Assembly: GCA_008632985.1 (NCBI GenBank)
Contig: QPGO01000036.1
Span: forward strand, 458,182 to 522,181
Direction: 5' to 3'
Length of the DNA: 64,000 bases
Source of the DNA: Psammoneis japonica
Lineage: Eukaryota
Part shown: positions 23,479 to 35,943 of the stretch, in pieces
Layout of the letters: the number at the start of each line of letters is the position of its first letter
Position numbering within the stretch: the first letter of the stretch is position 1
Made by a program: the position numbers and the translations under genes
Notes under the pieces: model-generated
What the model saw: the letters and a program-made list of their open reading frames with translations, nothing else
Database searches by the model: none
What the model was told of the DNA's origin: nothing

Positions 23479-23675
23479 AAAATTACAGTATTGGTCCGTC
23501 GTCCATCCGACCATCCGTCGCGAGTCTTGGAACTTCAACTTGCCGCCAACCGCACATCACACGCGTCACATTATCATCACACCATGATGGTATGAGAACG
23601 CGAAGGCAAGCAAGCACCCTGCCATCGATTGTCAACCCTGAAATCCTTCTCAGCAGCAACAACAATAGCATCATC

Positions 23676-24403
23676 ATGATTATGCGCAGAGCGTGCTACC
23701 TACTGTTATTGCTTAGTCCAACCACAGCGTTTGTGAATGGCCGCTCTTCCACGACGACACGCGCAACGTCCGCAACGTTCTTATCATCTACAAGCACAGA
23801 AACAACCGACGAATTGTTGAAACCAAAGTACGAAATTGACCACTGGCAACACGAATTGGTCATGGCTTTGATATTCATCGAATGGCGCCTCTCGAAGAAG
23901 CTGGACAGCCCGTTGTGATTGGTGGTGTCGTGATTGATCACAAGAACCAGAAATGGACGGATGTAAAAGGAAAGTACGTGGAAAAGGGGGGTATTTACGA
24001 GACACAATTGGGTGTTGTCGCTCATTCGGATGGAGATGTTATTTACCATTCGGTCGTTGATGCAATTTTTGGAGCACTCACGTTACCGGATATTGGACAA
24101 GTCTTTCAAGACTCGGATCCGCGATGGAAGGGGTGTGATTCTTCCAAATTCATGACTCATGCCTACGATACCATGACGTCCTATGGATATCAAATTGGCA
24201 ATATCGATGTCACGCTCATTCTGGAGCGCCCAAAGGTGGCAGGATTCAAACCAGCCATGAAGGAGAATATCATTAACTTGTTGCACACCACACCGGGACG
24301 AGTCAACATCAAGGCACGCACGCATGAACAAATGGACAGCGTGGGAGAGTTGCGATCTCTCAGTTGTCACGTCGTATTGACACTAGAACGAATCAAGGAC
24401 TAA
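23676..24403 (+). CDS. ispF: 2-C-methyl-D-erythritol 2,4-cyclodiphosphate synthase, plastid-targeted; apparent 1-nt frameshift at about 23840
   Basis: Signal peptide ...LSPTTAF; RIGHGFDIH, AHSDGDVIYHSVVDAIFGALTLPDIG, GNIDVTLILERPK, VNIKARTHE. Confidence 0.93.
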
Positions 24404-24600
24404 GGCACGTGTGGTAGAGATTTGTTGTTGTACGTTTCATGTGTGAGTGTGGTAATAAGTGTTGTAGCTGCTACGAGGAACTTCTAGGTCGTGGACGCGT
24501 AAGGTTACTCGTGTGTAGAGAGAATTGTTACTGTACATCTTGGATAATCGTAGCTCATGTCTGACTTTGGTATTGAATTTGTAGCTGAGCGAGGATTTTT

Positions 24601-25794
24601 CTAGGTCGTGGACGCGTCCTCGTTGAGGGAAGATGCCGCCATGGCGGTAATAGCTGCAGTTTCCGCTCTCAGAATCAATGGACCGAGCGAAACTCCTTGA
24701 ATATTTGAGCAACAAGATGTAATCTCGTCAAACAGACGCTCTTCTTGCGGACTCCATCCACCCTCTGGACCAATAAGAAAGGCAACCTCGCTACTAGACG
24801 TTTGTTTCAGCGCGGTAAGGATTGGAAGCGCTGCATCCACATTGTCGCTACGTTCTCGACAGATAAACAATGTTCTATTCGAGTCGCCAAGTGATGGATT
24901 GCACATCTGCCATTGCTCTAGAAACGTGGGTATAGACGCTAGTTCCTGTGCGTTGTCTTTGTTGGGTGGAAGATTGTTTTCGGGAAGCATACACGAAAGC
25001 TGTGGCACTGTCAAGCGCTCACACTGCTCAGATGCTTCCACTAGTTGGACATGCAGTTTATCAATCTGCTGTAGACATGCTCGTGTTGCCTTCTTGTCGG
25101 TAAATTCCGTCTCTGCCATAAGGAAACGCCCAGCCCCTAGTTCCGTGCACTTTTCCAGCAAGAACTTGAAACGTTTCATCTTGATGGGAGCACAAATGAG
25201 CCATGGTTGGCTCTTGTGTTCTGGTTGTGGCCTTAGTTGCATTGTACAGCGCGCGACAATGGAGACGTCCCTTGAATTTCGTCGTTTTTTATCGGGACTC
25301 GCTTGCTCTTTTTGTTCAAGTGTTGCCAACCATTCACCGTTTCGCCCATCAAACAATCGCACATGATTCTGGCTTTTCTTCTTTGTGTTTCCCCCCATTC
25401 TCATGACCTTGGTGACATAGTGAGCCTGTTCTCTCGTTAATTCAACTACGCCATTGGTACTTAAAGGCGATGATACATGTAGTCTTGGAATAGAAGTGTA
25501 GCTATTCTCGTCGACGGTAGTTGAAACTTCTTGTCTCCCTTGTTGTTGTTGTGGAATCGGCGTTTCGTGCATTTCATTCTGCTCATCTCTTTGTGTAGCG
25601 AAAACCAAACCTACTTCATGTTGTAGTCTAGCTCTGAAGCGTCCAAGCGATCGGGTCCTTAATATTATATCCGTTCTTTCGATACCCATTAATGCAAAGC
25701 AGGCAATGCTTCTGGAGAATTGTGACTGGTTCAGCGTAAACAGCATGCAAAAACGAAAACACCAAATAATGATGCTTGTATTTTTGACAGCCAT
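24601..25794 (-). CDS. rsmE: 16S rRNA m3U1498 methyltransferase (RsmE), organellar
   Basis: HYVTKVMRM, RLFDGRNGEW, LLEKCTELG, EASEQCERLTVP, LIGPEGGWS, LGPLILRAETAA; N-terminal presequence. Confidence 0.92.
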   Translation of the reverse strand: MAVKNTSIIIWCFRFCMLFTLNQSQFSRSIACFALMGIERTDIILRTRSLGRFRARLQHEVGLVFATQRDEQNEMHETPIPQQQQGRQEVSTTVDENSYTSIPRLHVSSPLSTNGVVELTREQAHYVTKVMRMGGNTKKKSQNHVRLFDGRNGEWLATLEQKEQASPDKKRRNSRDVSIVARCTMQLRPQPEHKSQPWLICAPIKMKRFKFLLEKCTELGAGRFLMAETEFTDKKATRACLQQIDKLHVQLVEASEQCERLTVPQLSCMLPENNLPPNKDNAQELASIPTFLEQWQMCNPSLGDSNRTLFICRERSDNVDAALPILTALKQTSSSEVAFLIGPEGGWSPQEERLFDEITSCCSNIQGVSLGPLILRAETAAITAMAASSLNEDASTT

Positions 25795-26599
25795 TCTTCA
25801 TATTCTTCTTGTACCAAAATACAAATAGGGACCAGTGTAAGTCGAACTAATTCACATTACGGTTTGATGGAACGGGCTGTAGCGTCATCGTCCATCATTG
25901 TCGCCGCCGCCCGAAGAAAGGGAGAAGAAAACGACTAGGGCCCTACTCTACTCTAGTCTCTAGGGCCCTACTGAGCGAGCTTTTATCACTTTTGAATTTT
26001 GGCGATGCTGCAGGCCGCTTTCCGTCCCAGCTTCGTGGTGCCACGTGTAATAATTAACCCCCCGTTTTTAACCAAATACCCACCTCGATCGACTAACAGT
26101 ATGCAGATACGGAGTTCAGCACAATTTTGGGGGCCTAGAATGGGGGTGAACGTTAGTTACTAACCAATTGACTCTCGCACTTGCCCGTGTAATAAAGGTG
26201 CTCCACGAAAAGTTAGTTCCATTTTCAAATACCCGACACCATGAACAATACATACTTATTACATTCTCGCAAGACATCGATTTAAAGAGTATGACACCGA
26301 TAATGCTCATATCTTGTGTATTTTGTGGCTCTAGCGGGGGTCAAAGTCTAGCTGATTCTTCCAAAAACTTCGAGTCGAGCGGGTCATACGGGATTCAAGA
26401 CACGTGACTCACTGTACAATTCTTGAGCCTTTCTCCTTTCTGGACACCGAGATTAGATGATGACATCAACACAAGACCTATTTCATGGCTATGTTCTATT
26501 GTCTAATCCATGGCTAGCCTCCTGACAACTATATTTGACCTCTTTCATGCTATAAATTGGCAAAGCAATCCGTGAATGCTCACCTCAAGTCGCACTTTT

Positions 26600-27560
26600 C
26601 CATTTTGAGATTTGACGTTTTTGCAACTTTGCGATGAATCTAGAGTGGATGCGAACCAGGGAGGAGCTCCATTCACCACTCTTTATCATTCTATAGAATG
26701 GCAGCATCAGAACAACATTGTCAACATTGTTTGACTGTTTTTTTCTTGCGCCGTGCGCCAACTTCATTCTGCATTTTCGCTGCCATCCGCCTGGCTCTCC
26801 CCCCACTCAAGAACACTTGGCTGAATGCATTGCAGTTGCTTTGTGAAAGTCTTGTAAATGTTCGTCTGTTCAATGCCATTGATCAAATGGGACAGATGAC
26901 ATGACGAAGACGTTGGATTTGTTCATGTGCTCATGCTGGGAAAGACAACAAGAGTTGGCTGCGGCGGCAAGAAAGTTGAGTGAGACAACAAGTGGTGAGC
27001 CTTGGACATGTTGACAGCACAATTTTGATTTTAAATTTACTTGCCTTTTTAAAAACTCGGAATTTAACTCAGTGGGTGCTGAATGTCCGGCAAATGGTGA
27101 GTTGATGCGTCGTCTGCATGCAACACGGCATCAAGACAAAGCGAGACGGTGTGCTTTAATGTGTTTCTCGCCAAAATGAACATCTCAGAATGGACAATTG
27201 CAACTGTGTGTCAACAAGGGTCTGACAGAGCTTCTGTTGTGATGGTCCAAAAAACAACGAATGTTTAGACACCTCATCTGCCGTGTCAATGTCATCGTCG
27301 GCTCCGGCTCCGGCGGGTTTTTGACAAGTTCTCCGTGTTGCAGCAGTTGGCCACACATCAGTTGGGGTGTCTGTGGGGTTGGCAGTTGTTGTGGTGGGGA
27401 AACAGGTGGTGGAGGAGGCGCGCGTAGTGCGCTGGGAGAGGGAGAGAAAAAGGGTTGGCCAAGGGTGCGGACAGACGGTCGTGAGGAGGAGTTGGTGATG
27501 GTGGGATGGCGGAGGAGGAAAGCTTGACATGTAGAGAGATGGTTGGAGAGAGCAAAGCCT
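26600..27560. other. Small TpA-depleted island, unclassified repeat relic
   Basis: TpA sparse relative to flanks; low-complexity T/P-rich reading on the minus strand. Confidence 0.55.
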
Positions 27561-27663
27561 TGTCACCACGGGGATGGTCTGTACGCTCATCCGGAGCGCG
27601 CCTGCCGTGCCAGTTTGGTTACAGTACCGTACGTACAGTAGAGTATGGCAGGCCATACCCAAC

Positions 27664-27746
27664 AAGGAACCCGGATCCAAGGCATTGCCTTGCATCCGGG
27701 TTATTAAAACCCGGATCCAAGGCATTGCCTTGGATCCGGGTTCCTT
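27664..27746. repeat. 83-bp compound palindrome: two 35-bp hairpins in tandem, itself near self-complementary
   Basis: AACCCGGATCCAAGGCA-T-TGCCTTG(C/G)ATCCGGGTT at 27668-27702 and 27708-27742, flanked by AAGG/CCTT. Confidence 0.92.
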
Positions 27747-28312
27747 TTCGGCACAATAGAGCGCGCGAGGCCCTTTTTCTTTGAGTCTGTCCGCCATCAA
27801 AACTTCCCGTGCTTTTAGTAGTGCGAGAAAAAACAGAAAACAGCAACCAACCATGGAGAATACATCGTTTGCGAAGGCGTATGCATTCAAGTCTGAGTTG
27901 GTATCATAGCAGTAATCTCTCTTATGGCACTGTGTAAAGGCTATGGTAAGTTGGTATCAACGGAGACTTGCAACGACAAGGCTATTTTTTGAAACTTCAA
28001 CTGACAGCACGTTTTCCCTCGTTGTTGTTGCTTCCATACCGTCGGACATTGTTTGCAGTGGCCAAAATTGATGGCATCGTGCAGTGTGACAATACTTCAT
28101 CAATCTCTCAAGCGCAACTCGCCCATCATGCCTGCAGCACGGAATTGACGACGTATCTGTGTTATAAGGAAATGAGCGATGGCGAAAGATAGAGAGCGAC
28201 GATAGCAATGCGGAGCGCTAACATAAACGGCGTTCCGAGTTACAGCAATCCCTCTATACTAAATCAGTTTTACAATATTGCATCAAAGATTTTCTCTCAC
28301 TCCGTCTTCGCT

Positions 28313-31300
28313 TCAGACGAGACCGTCCTTGGCATCAAACGTTGGTAGTTCAATTTTCTCATAGTGTTCCCCTAATCCACTACTTCCAGTTGAGCTGTGA
28401 TTCATTACTCCATTTGCATTCCTTGTAAACGAGTTCCCTTTTACTCGCTCAACTAAAGCGACTCGAGGAGCATGTTCTAGACCTGATCTGTCGGTATCCA
28501 GAACGCCCAATTCGTTGGTGACTAGTGACGTCGTCTCGGACTCTGCCTTCTGAAGTCGTTGCTTCCGATAGCGCTTGAAAACAAACACACCTAGTGCTAC
28601 CGCCACGAGACTTCCAATCACTGCGCCAGCTACAACTCCTGCAGAGGCGCCGCCACCGCCACTGCTAGAACCGCTACCCATGCCAGCCGATCCATCACAC
28701 GCGCTGCCGCTGTCCGATGTCGTACCGACAAGAGTGCAATCGACGCCCATACCACTGTAGGCTTGCGCTAGTGCATCAAACACTGCGGCGGCATTACGAC
28801 TGTCTCTGTCAGTCGTCAAGTCCATCGCCTTCTCAAGGACAGCCGCTGCATCGCGATTCGCGTCCTCAACAAGTGGCAGAATAGATCGCGAAAATATGTA
28901 ACCTTCCGCGACGTCTCCGTCTCTGCTGAACAGATTGAAATTTTCATTGGCCATTGCATAACGCAGAGTGGACTGGATCAATGGAACAAGCAAGAGTGAT
29001 TCAATATTTTCAATGCCTTTCTCGAGATTCTCACAACTCTTTGCAGAGAGCTCTGCCCGTCCCGCGTACAGGAGTTCAACCAGACGTTCATTGACTTCCG
29101 CGGTACGAGGTTCCCGTTGGCATGTACCAAACTGAGTGCATCTCTTCTTTGCGAGTCCATAATGCAACTGTCCCTGTTCGGAGCCACCATCGAGAGTCCC
29201 TTCCATTGACCCAATCAAAATGGCCGCTGCTTTGTCCCAAGCATTGACTGCTAGGCTGTTCGTTTCAACGTTGCTTGAAAGACAATGGGAGAGAGATTCG
29301 TAAAATGCCGACAAGGCAGACATGTAAACCACCATATATTGACATGACTTTACAACCACCTCCGTTCGTTGTTCGGGAGACATGGTAGAGTCGGTTTCAA
29401 ACCCCTTCTGAACCATAGCGTCCGCGTATTTATCGTCATTGAAGTACCGTTCAAAGGATTTGAAACTTGGCACTTGCAACCGATCTGCAGATATCGATAG
29501 GTCAAACAAGGATACGGTTGCTTCTCCGTTGCTTTCCTCAACCACCACATGCTTGCCATAGTTGTACAGATCCTCGGCGGCATCGTATGCTTCCATTTGC
29601 ATTAGAATGTCAAGCTCACGGATATCTTGGTCAATTTTTGCGTACTAACAACAGTGACAGAAGAAGTTAGCCAAGACCCAGCAAACACAAGCACAACGTC
29701 AAAAGCGAACTTACCTGCAGCACATTTGTTTCGGGTCGGTAACCAGCAAGAGGAGCTAAATCGCCTGGATCTTGGCAAGGGTACGAGTCGTCGGAAACAT
29801 ATATTCCAATATCAGCGCATTTGAGATTGAATCCAGGCAACGTCGTATAAATAGCGTCCATCAGTGCTTCCAGATCCACCGCGTTGAAAGGCTGCAAGAT
29901 CAGCCTGTCGGATAAAAATTCGTAGGTTTCGGGGTTTGTTGCCGAAACTAATGGGAGAAACGATTGCGCATATAGCTTGACTCTGTCATGGTCATTGAGT
30001 TTCAGGTTGTACACGAGCCCTTGGATCAAGGGTACAATCATCTGGGGAATGATCTTGTTGACGATTTGAACCAGTCGGGGGAACGTCTTGGGATCGTCAG
30101 AGCACGAGTTCGGAGCGGTCAGCTCCAACTTAGCTTGATTCAAGTACTTCAAAATGTTTGTGTTTGCAGCTGCCTGACCATCCACCTCGACGTCAAACAG
30201 TTCGCCGTATTTCTCTGTTAGAGCGTACATGAGATGCCCGGCTTGCGACTTGCCCGTCTGCTGCCCGTCTCCAATCCAATATGCCGCAACCTCGTCGATG
30301 GAATGAATTCCATCAGCGTCAGCAATGTTCTTTCGTCTGCATTGATCCAACGTCTGATAAAGCTCATGCACAATGTACATCCATAGATTCAGAATGACTA
30401 CAGCTTCGCTCGCCAACGTCTTTCCTGCCGCCTGAACGTCGCTGAAGGCTTCGAGAACAATCGAGTCGGCATATACACCTACATCCTTCCCAAGGTAAAG
30501 GCCCTTGGAATCTTGCAGCGCAAACTTAAAGATGTTGAAGAGCGGTTCGTGCTTCATTTCTGTTGGCGCAGAAGTGCTAAATGCACTTAAACTTCGTTGG
30601 CCGGTGCTGCATACGACAAAAGAAAATCGAACCGGCATTAAGAAACGATCTAAAATGTAAACCGTAAGCCCTTCGCAAGAAACTATACTTACACGACTCC
30701 ATTTTCGTTGAAAATCTGAGAGTTAGACCCAGTAGAATAGATGAATTTCGCAACATTAATGTTCCCGGTCAGAAGATGCTTCTCGATGTCCGCAACATCC
30801 TGTGCGATATTGGCCCTGAAATGCGAGATCAAAGTTTGAGTACGGTGAAGGGACTTTACACAGAACACGGAAGGAACGGCGCGAAAGTTACCTGTCTTGG
30901 ACATTCGTCGTGGTCGTGTACAAACCCTCCGAGAGATTGGTTGGTGTTGAAGGCGGTTTCGGCTTCGGCGGAATGCCACCACCACCACAAGCAGAAAGCT
31001 CCGGATGCATTTTCGACAATCCGATATCCGCGCAATCGATTCCCATTCCTGACAAAGCGTTCGAAAATGCAGTATATATGGCGGCGACTCCATCTTCTAC
31101 AGGCTTTTCAGTCAACTGGAATTCCATATTTCTCCCTATAGTCCGAGCACTATCGTCGTTCGCTTTATCCACAAGCGGCAGAATCGAGAAAGCCAGAACG
31201 TGTCCAGCTGCCAAAGCAGCGCTTGGCGATCCTGTCTCTAGGCCTTCATTGAGACCTGCGTAGTCTAATGTGCCTTGGATCATTGGAATGGGCATAACTG

Positions 31301-34300
31301 GCAATATTTTCTCAGTGATCAAAGCCAGCATGTTTGCGCAGTCGCCTTGATCCAACATATTTTTCCCGTCCGTGAACGAGTCAATCAGTCTTTCGTTGAC
31401 TGCAGCACTGCCAGAGCTTTCACAGGTGGAAAAAGCATCGCACATCTCTGCTCCTAATGCAAACATAAGTTGGCCACCTCCATTCGCGGAACCTCCTTTA
31501 TCTTCACCTTCAATTGACCCAACAAACAGTGCCACAGCAGCATCCCAGGCTACTTCGCCCGAATCAGCAACCCCTCCTTCGCACTGGTCAACCGCAACAA
31601 ACAATCGCTGCAAGACAGCCATGTATGAAACTATTGTTTGAATCGTTCCAACCACAAGCTCGGTAGCCTGTACTCTTGAAGCTCCTTCGAATGCCCCAAC
31701 TGAGGTGTCAAATCCATCCATTATCATTTGGTCTGCGTAGTCGTCAGAGTCTCCAAAGAAATGCGAGAACAACGGATACTCTGTCTTGACTGCAGCCCTA
31801 CCTGGATCATTAGCCAGACTCTGGATGCTAAGGAGGGTCCCACCTGGCTTGCTGTTGTACCCGTTCATATAGTAGTCCACTGCAGCATCGTAGGCTAGAG
31901 TGTCCATGAATATATTTATTTGGAGCAAGTCTAGATCAATTCGGGAGTACTGGGGTAGAAAGAGACCAAATGCGTTAGTCCTGAAACGTTAAAAGCAGGA
32001 TTTCGTACTTAGGTACTACTCACCTCAGACACATCGACATTTGGGGTATATCCGGCGATCTTCTTTGGAGTTTCAGTGTCTTCGCAAAGAAAATTAAATG
32101 GGGTGGCATAAGAGCCGTCGCTTTCCTTTGGAAGCTGTACGTCATCACACGATAGTCGAAGGCATCCCAAAAGCGGCTTCAGATTGCGAAAGACGTCATC
32201 AATCTTGTCAGAATCAAAGCTAGCATAATCCTTGTCAATCAGCGCATCCTTCAGAAAAGAAAACGCAGCTGGATCGCAAGCCGCCATTTGAGGAACAAGG
32301 GCAACAGAGTAGAGCTTCACAAGGTTGCCATTTGTCCCTCCGGCTTTTAGTTGATACAGAAGCTCCTCCAAAAACGGAATCGTCATCTTTGGAAGAATTT
32401 CAGCGACGAGCAACCGAAGCTCCAAGAAAGTATCGGAGGTTTCGGAACACGTCTTCATCAGAGCATTGGCTTTGTTGAACATGTCAATCAAATCGTTGTT
32501 CACTGGTACTTCAGAGTTAAATGTTCCAAAGCGTCTTGCCGACTTTTCCGCGAACGAGTACATCAGCCATCCAGCATCGGTTCCTTCCTCTTGATTCTCA
32601 CCAATCCATAGGGCGACGGCATTGTCAATGCGTAACTCGTCCTGGATTCCCTTTTTGCAATCCCTAACACTTTGGTAAAGACTGTTCGCAATCATCATCC
32701 AAACATTCAACACTACAGCAGCCTTTGCAGCAATATCAACAAGTTCCTCATCCAGTGCTGCCCTCACAGTGATGTCAGCATACGTCGAATCTTGGATTAA
32801 AGATCTTTGTCCCTCTGAGAATTCCTCTTGATCCTTGAGGGCAAACTTGAAGATATTAAACATCGGGTCGTCAAACATGATATCATCTGCCCCTACGCTG
32901 AAATCCTCGAGCGTCAAGATACCAGGCCTATTGAAAGGAGACAAAGAAAGAACAATGTGACTGTGAGAAAGGGAGAGTGAAAAGTGTAGGTCGAACAGAA
33001 GGCTTGTGTGTATCACGTACTCTCCGTCAGCGTCAACCACGGCATTTTTCCCCTGAGACGCAATCCGAAAAGAAGAAGAGGTTAGACTGAACGCATAAAC
33101 AAACAATGATTAAATAGTAACAGAACATCTCACTTCAGAGTAGATCTTTAAAGCATCCTCGGGGCTAGTTGCAATCATGTCACGAATGTCAAGGGCTATC
33201 TTGGCTCTGCAATGATAGGGGAACGGAACATGCGAAGAAGAAGTTAGAGACACGCACTTTCACTAACCGCAAAAGTTGGTCGTTACGAGACTAGACTGCT
33301 CTTACAGTGCAATCTCCGGCGAACTGAAAGAGTATCTCCCAAAACCCAGTATTGTGTCCCCAGATGGAGACGGTGACGGACTGCCACCGTTTGGGGTGCT
33401 ATGGTCGCAAACGTTGCTATTTGCATAGTCTGTATATATTCCAAGAACGTCGCAGTCGACATTTAGCCCTCCCCCAATAGCCGTACGAAAGCCATCCAAA
33501 ATCTCGGAGATCTTCGCCTCGGGAACATCGTAGAGAACGTTCGTGTTGGCATCAATAAGTGTGGCGCTTCTTTCATCAATGTCGTTGACCAGGGGGATGA
33601 TGGATTGTGCGAAAATGTGCCCGATACCCAAGGTCTCATCGCGTAAGTCGCCTGTAAGTTCGTCGTTCGCGTTCAATACGGCAAAGTGGATTGTACCTTG
33701 GATCAAGGGAACAAGAAGGTCTTGTTCTATGAAAGCCAAGGTGACGTCGAGATCTTCGCACTCGCCGTCAAGAATAGTTTCTTGTCCGTCTTCTAATGAC
33801 TGGAGGATATCAATATTCATCTTGGAATTGATGCCATTGTTAACACATGTATCGAAAACTTCACAAAAGAACTTTCCCGCATCGTAGAGTAGCATTCCGT
33901 AACCATCTTTGCTACCACCGACATCTTCTCCCTCCAACGACCCAACAAACATCGCGACAGCTTGGTCCCACTCCTTCACTGCCTCATCTTCCTTGTCATT
34001 AGTACATTTGTCATATGCCATATACATCTTTTGTAGCACCGCCATATACATGGCCATGTATTGAACGGCACCGACAGCAATTTCGGTGAGGATGGAAGGG
34101 GACAAGGCGCCATAAGGGCCCTGTCGATTCAATACGTTTTCGATCATTTTGTCAGCATACATGAAACCATTCTCTCCTTCTGCATCGAAATATCTATTGA
34201 AAGTATCCATCTGAGGAACTAAGTCACGACCCAAAAAAGTCGCAACTTCTCGCAAAGGAAGGATGCGGCCCTCGGGACGACAGCTGTAGCCGTAGTCGTA

Positions 34301-35943
34301 CAAATCCCCAGCAGTCTCGTAAGCCTGTTCTTCCATGAACACACGGAAAAGAGTCACATCTCGATCAATGTACGAATACTGTCGCCAGAAAGAGCCATCG
34401 AGAATAGAATGCGTAAGCCACGGTAAACAGTGATCACGCAGAAGTAATGTAATGTTTTTGAAGAAGCTTACCTGTGACGCATCACTCGCCGGTTGGTATC
34501 CTGCGTATTTTAGAGGTGTTTTTGGCGGCGTGTCAGAGCACTGTGGAACTTCTCCGTCAAGATAGGAGCCAATCATATCACAAGTGATGTGCATGCAACC
34601 GAAGGCGCTCTGGACCAATTCGACAGCTCGGTTTTTGTCGTTGAGTTCCGTGGTACCAGTTATGAACGTGTCTACCATCTCGTCGCGAACAGCGGGCTTG
34701 CAAAACGTAACTTGAGGCATGATAGTCAACGCGTACAATTCAATAAAGTCCTTAGGACTCGACAAGTTCTCAGAAGGTTGCGCTTGGATGTGATGGATCA
34801 ACATCTGTACAAGAGGAACTGTCATTTGGGCGTACATGGCCAGGACGATCTTGCGGACCTCCAAATAGCCACTTTCACCGTCTTGACAAGTATTTTGGCT
34901 CACATGAGTTTGAAGCTTCCGGAGGGAACCAATGATTACCTCGTTTGCTTCGACCTCGTCGACAGAAGAGTCTTCTCCTTTGTTGAAAAGGTCTCCAGCC
35001 TTTTGCGCAAGATTGTAAAGCATATTTCCACGTTCAGAGTCACCGCGGATTTGTCCTTCTCCAATCCACATGGCAGCAGCACGGTCTAAGGAGAGCGACA
35101 TATCAGAAGCCGTGTCTGCGTCGTTGCGTCCACAGGCAATCACAACTTCCCACAACTGATGCGCCACCGCCATCCATACATTGAGCACAAGAGCTGCATC
35201 AGTTTCAATGCCCGGGATGTCAAGTTTGAACAAGTCGTTGACAATCGTATTGGCGTATTCTTCAACAGGCCTGTCGTCGAAATTGCCGGCTGTTTCGTTC
35301 TCAACATCGACACCCAAATCGAAGAAAGAACGACGGTAAATGTTGTACATAAAGTCTGCTGCCATTACTTCGTTTGCAGTGAGACTGAGGCTTTGAATTG
35401 ACCGAAGAACCCTAACAAGATGAGGCAAGTGATTAAAGGTGAGGACCATGTCCAAGGATATAAAGACTCAAAGTGTAAAAAGACACTCACTCCTTCCCAT
35501 CTTTATCTCGAATTCTGGAGTTCTCTCCCTTCCAGTGAAACACGAGGGAGCAAAAGGGTTGAGAACCAGATGCATTCCCAAGGCCGACACTTATCATCTA
35601 TTTACCCTTACCTTTGTATAAATATCACGTTGCCTGTCTTCGTCAGCTCCTCCAGTTCCATCTTCAACTTCGCGCATCGCTCTGATATCCAAAGTAAGAT
35701 TCAATCTGCAAACAAAAATGGACCAAATCGAGCAGCAAACGTGAGCCACACATCCTATCAATCACCAATACAAATGACGACAACCTTCTACACCATCACT
35801 CACTCGCTTCGCACATCAAATGTCGTCGTATACTGTCCACCAAGAAGATCGATGGATGTTGTTTGACTCGAAACACGATCAACTCCCCAGAGAAGGTGTC
35901 CCAGAAGCAGCGACGAGCGGAGAGCTCTACCGACAGCCCTCAT
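28313..35943 (-). CDS. Large type-I membrane protein with six Fea1/ISIP2 (phytotransferrin-like, low-iron-inducible) lobes; about 12 exons
   Basis: Signal peptide MRAVGRALRSSLLLGHLLWGV; six repeats of (W)DxAxAxxxG..G..Y..A.K....F..VP(L/M)IQ; GT-AG introns join in frame; TM helix AGVVAGAVIGSLVAVALGVFVF followed by KRYRK. Confidence 0.82.

Noticed and set aside
26042..26406. Possible MITE bounded by CACGTGT
   Set aside because: Inverted match is only 7 bp; no clear TSD or second copy.
27668..27742. CRISPR-like palindromic direct repeat
   Set aside because: Only two units, 5-bp spacer, no cas genes, eukaryotic context.
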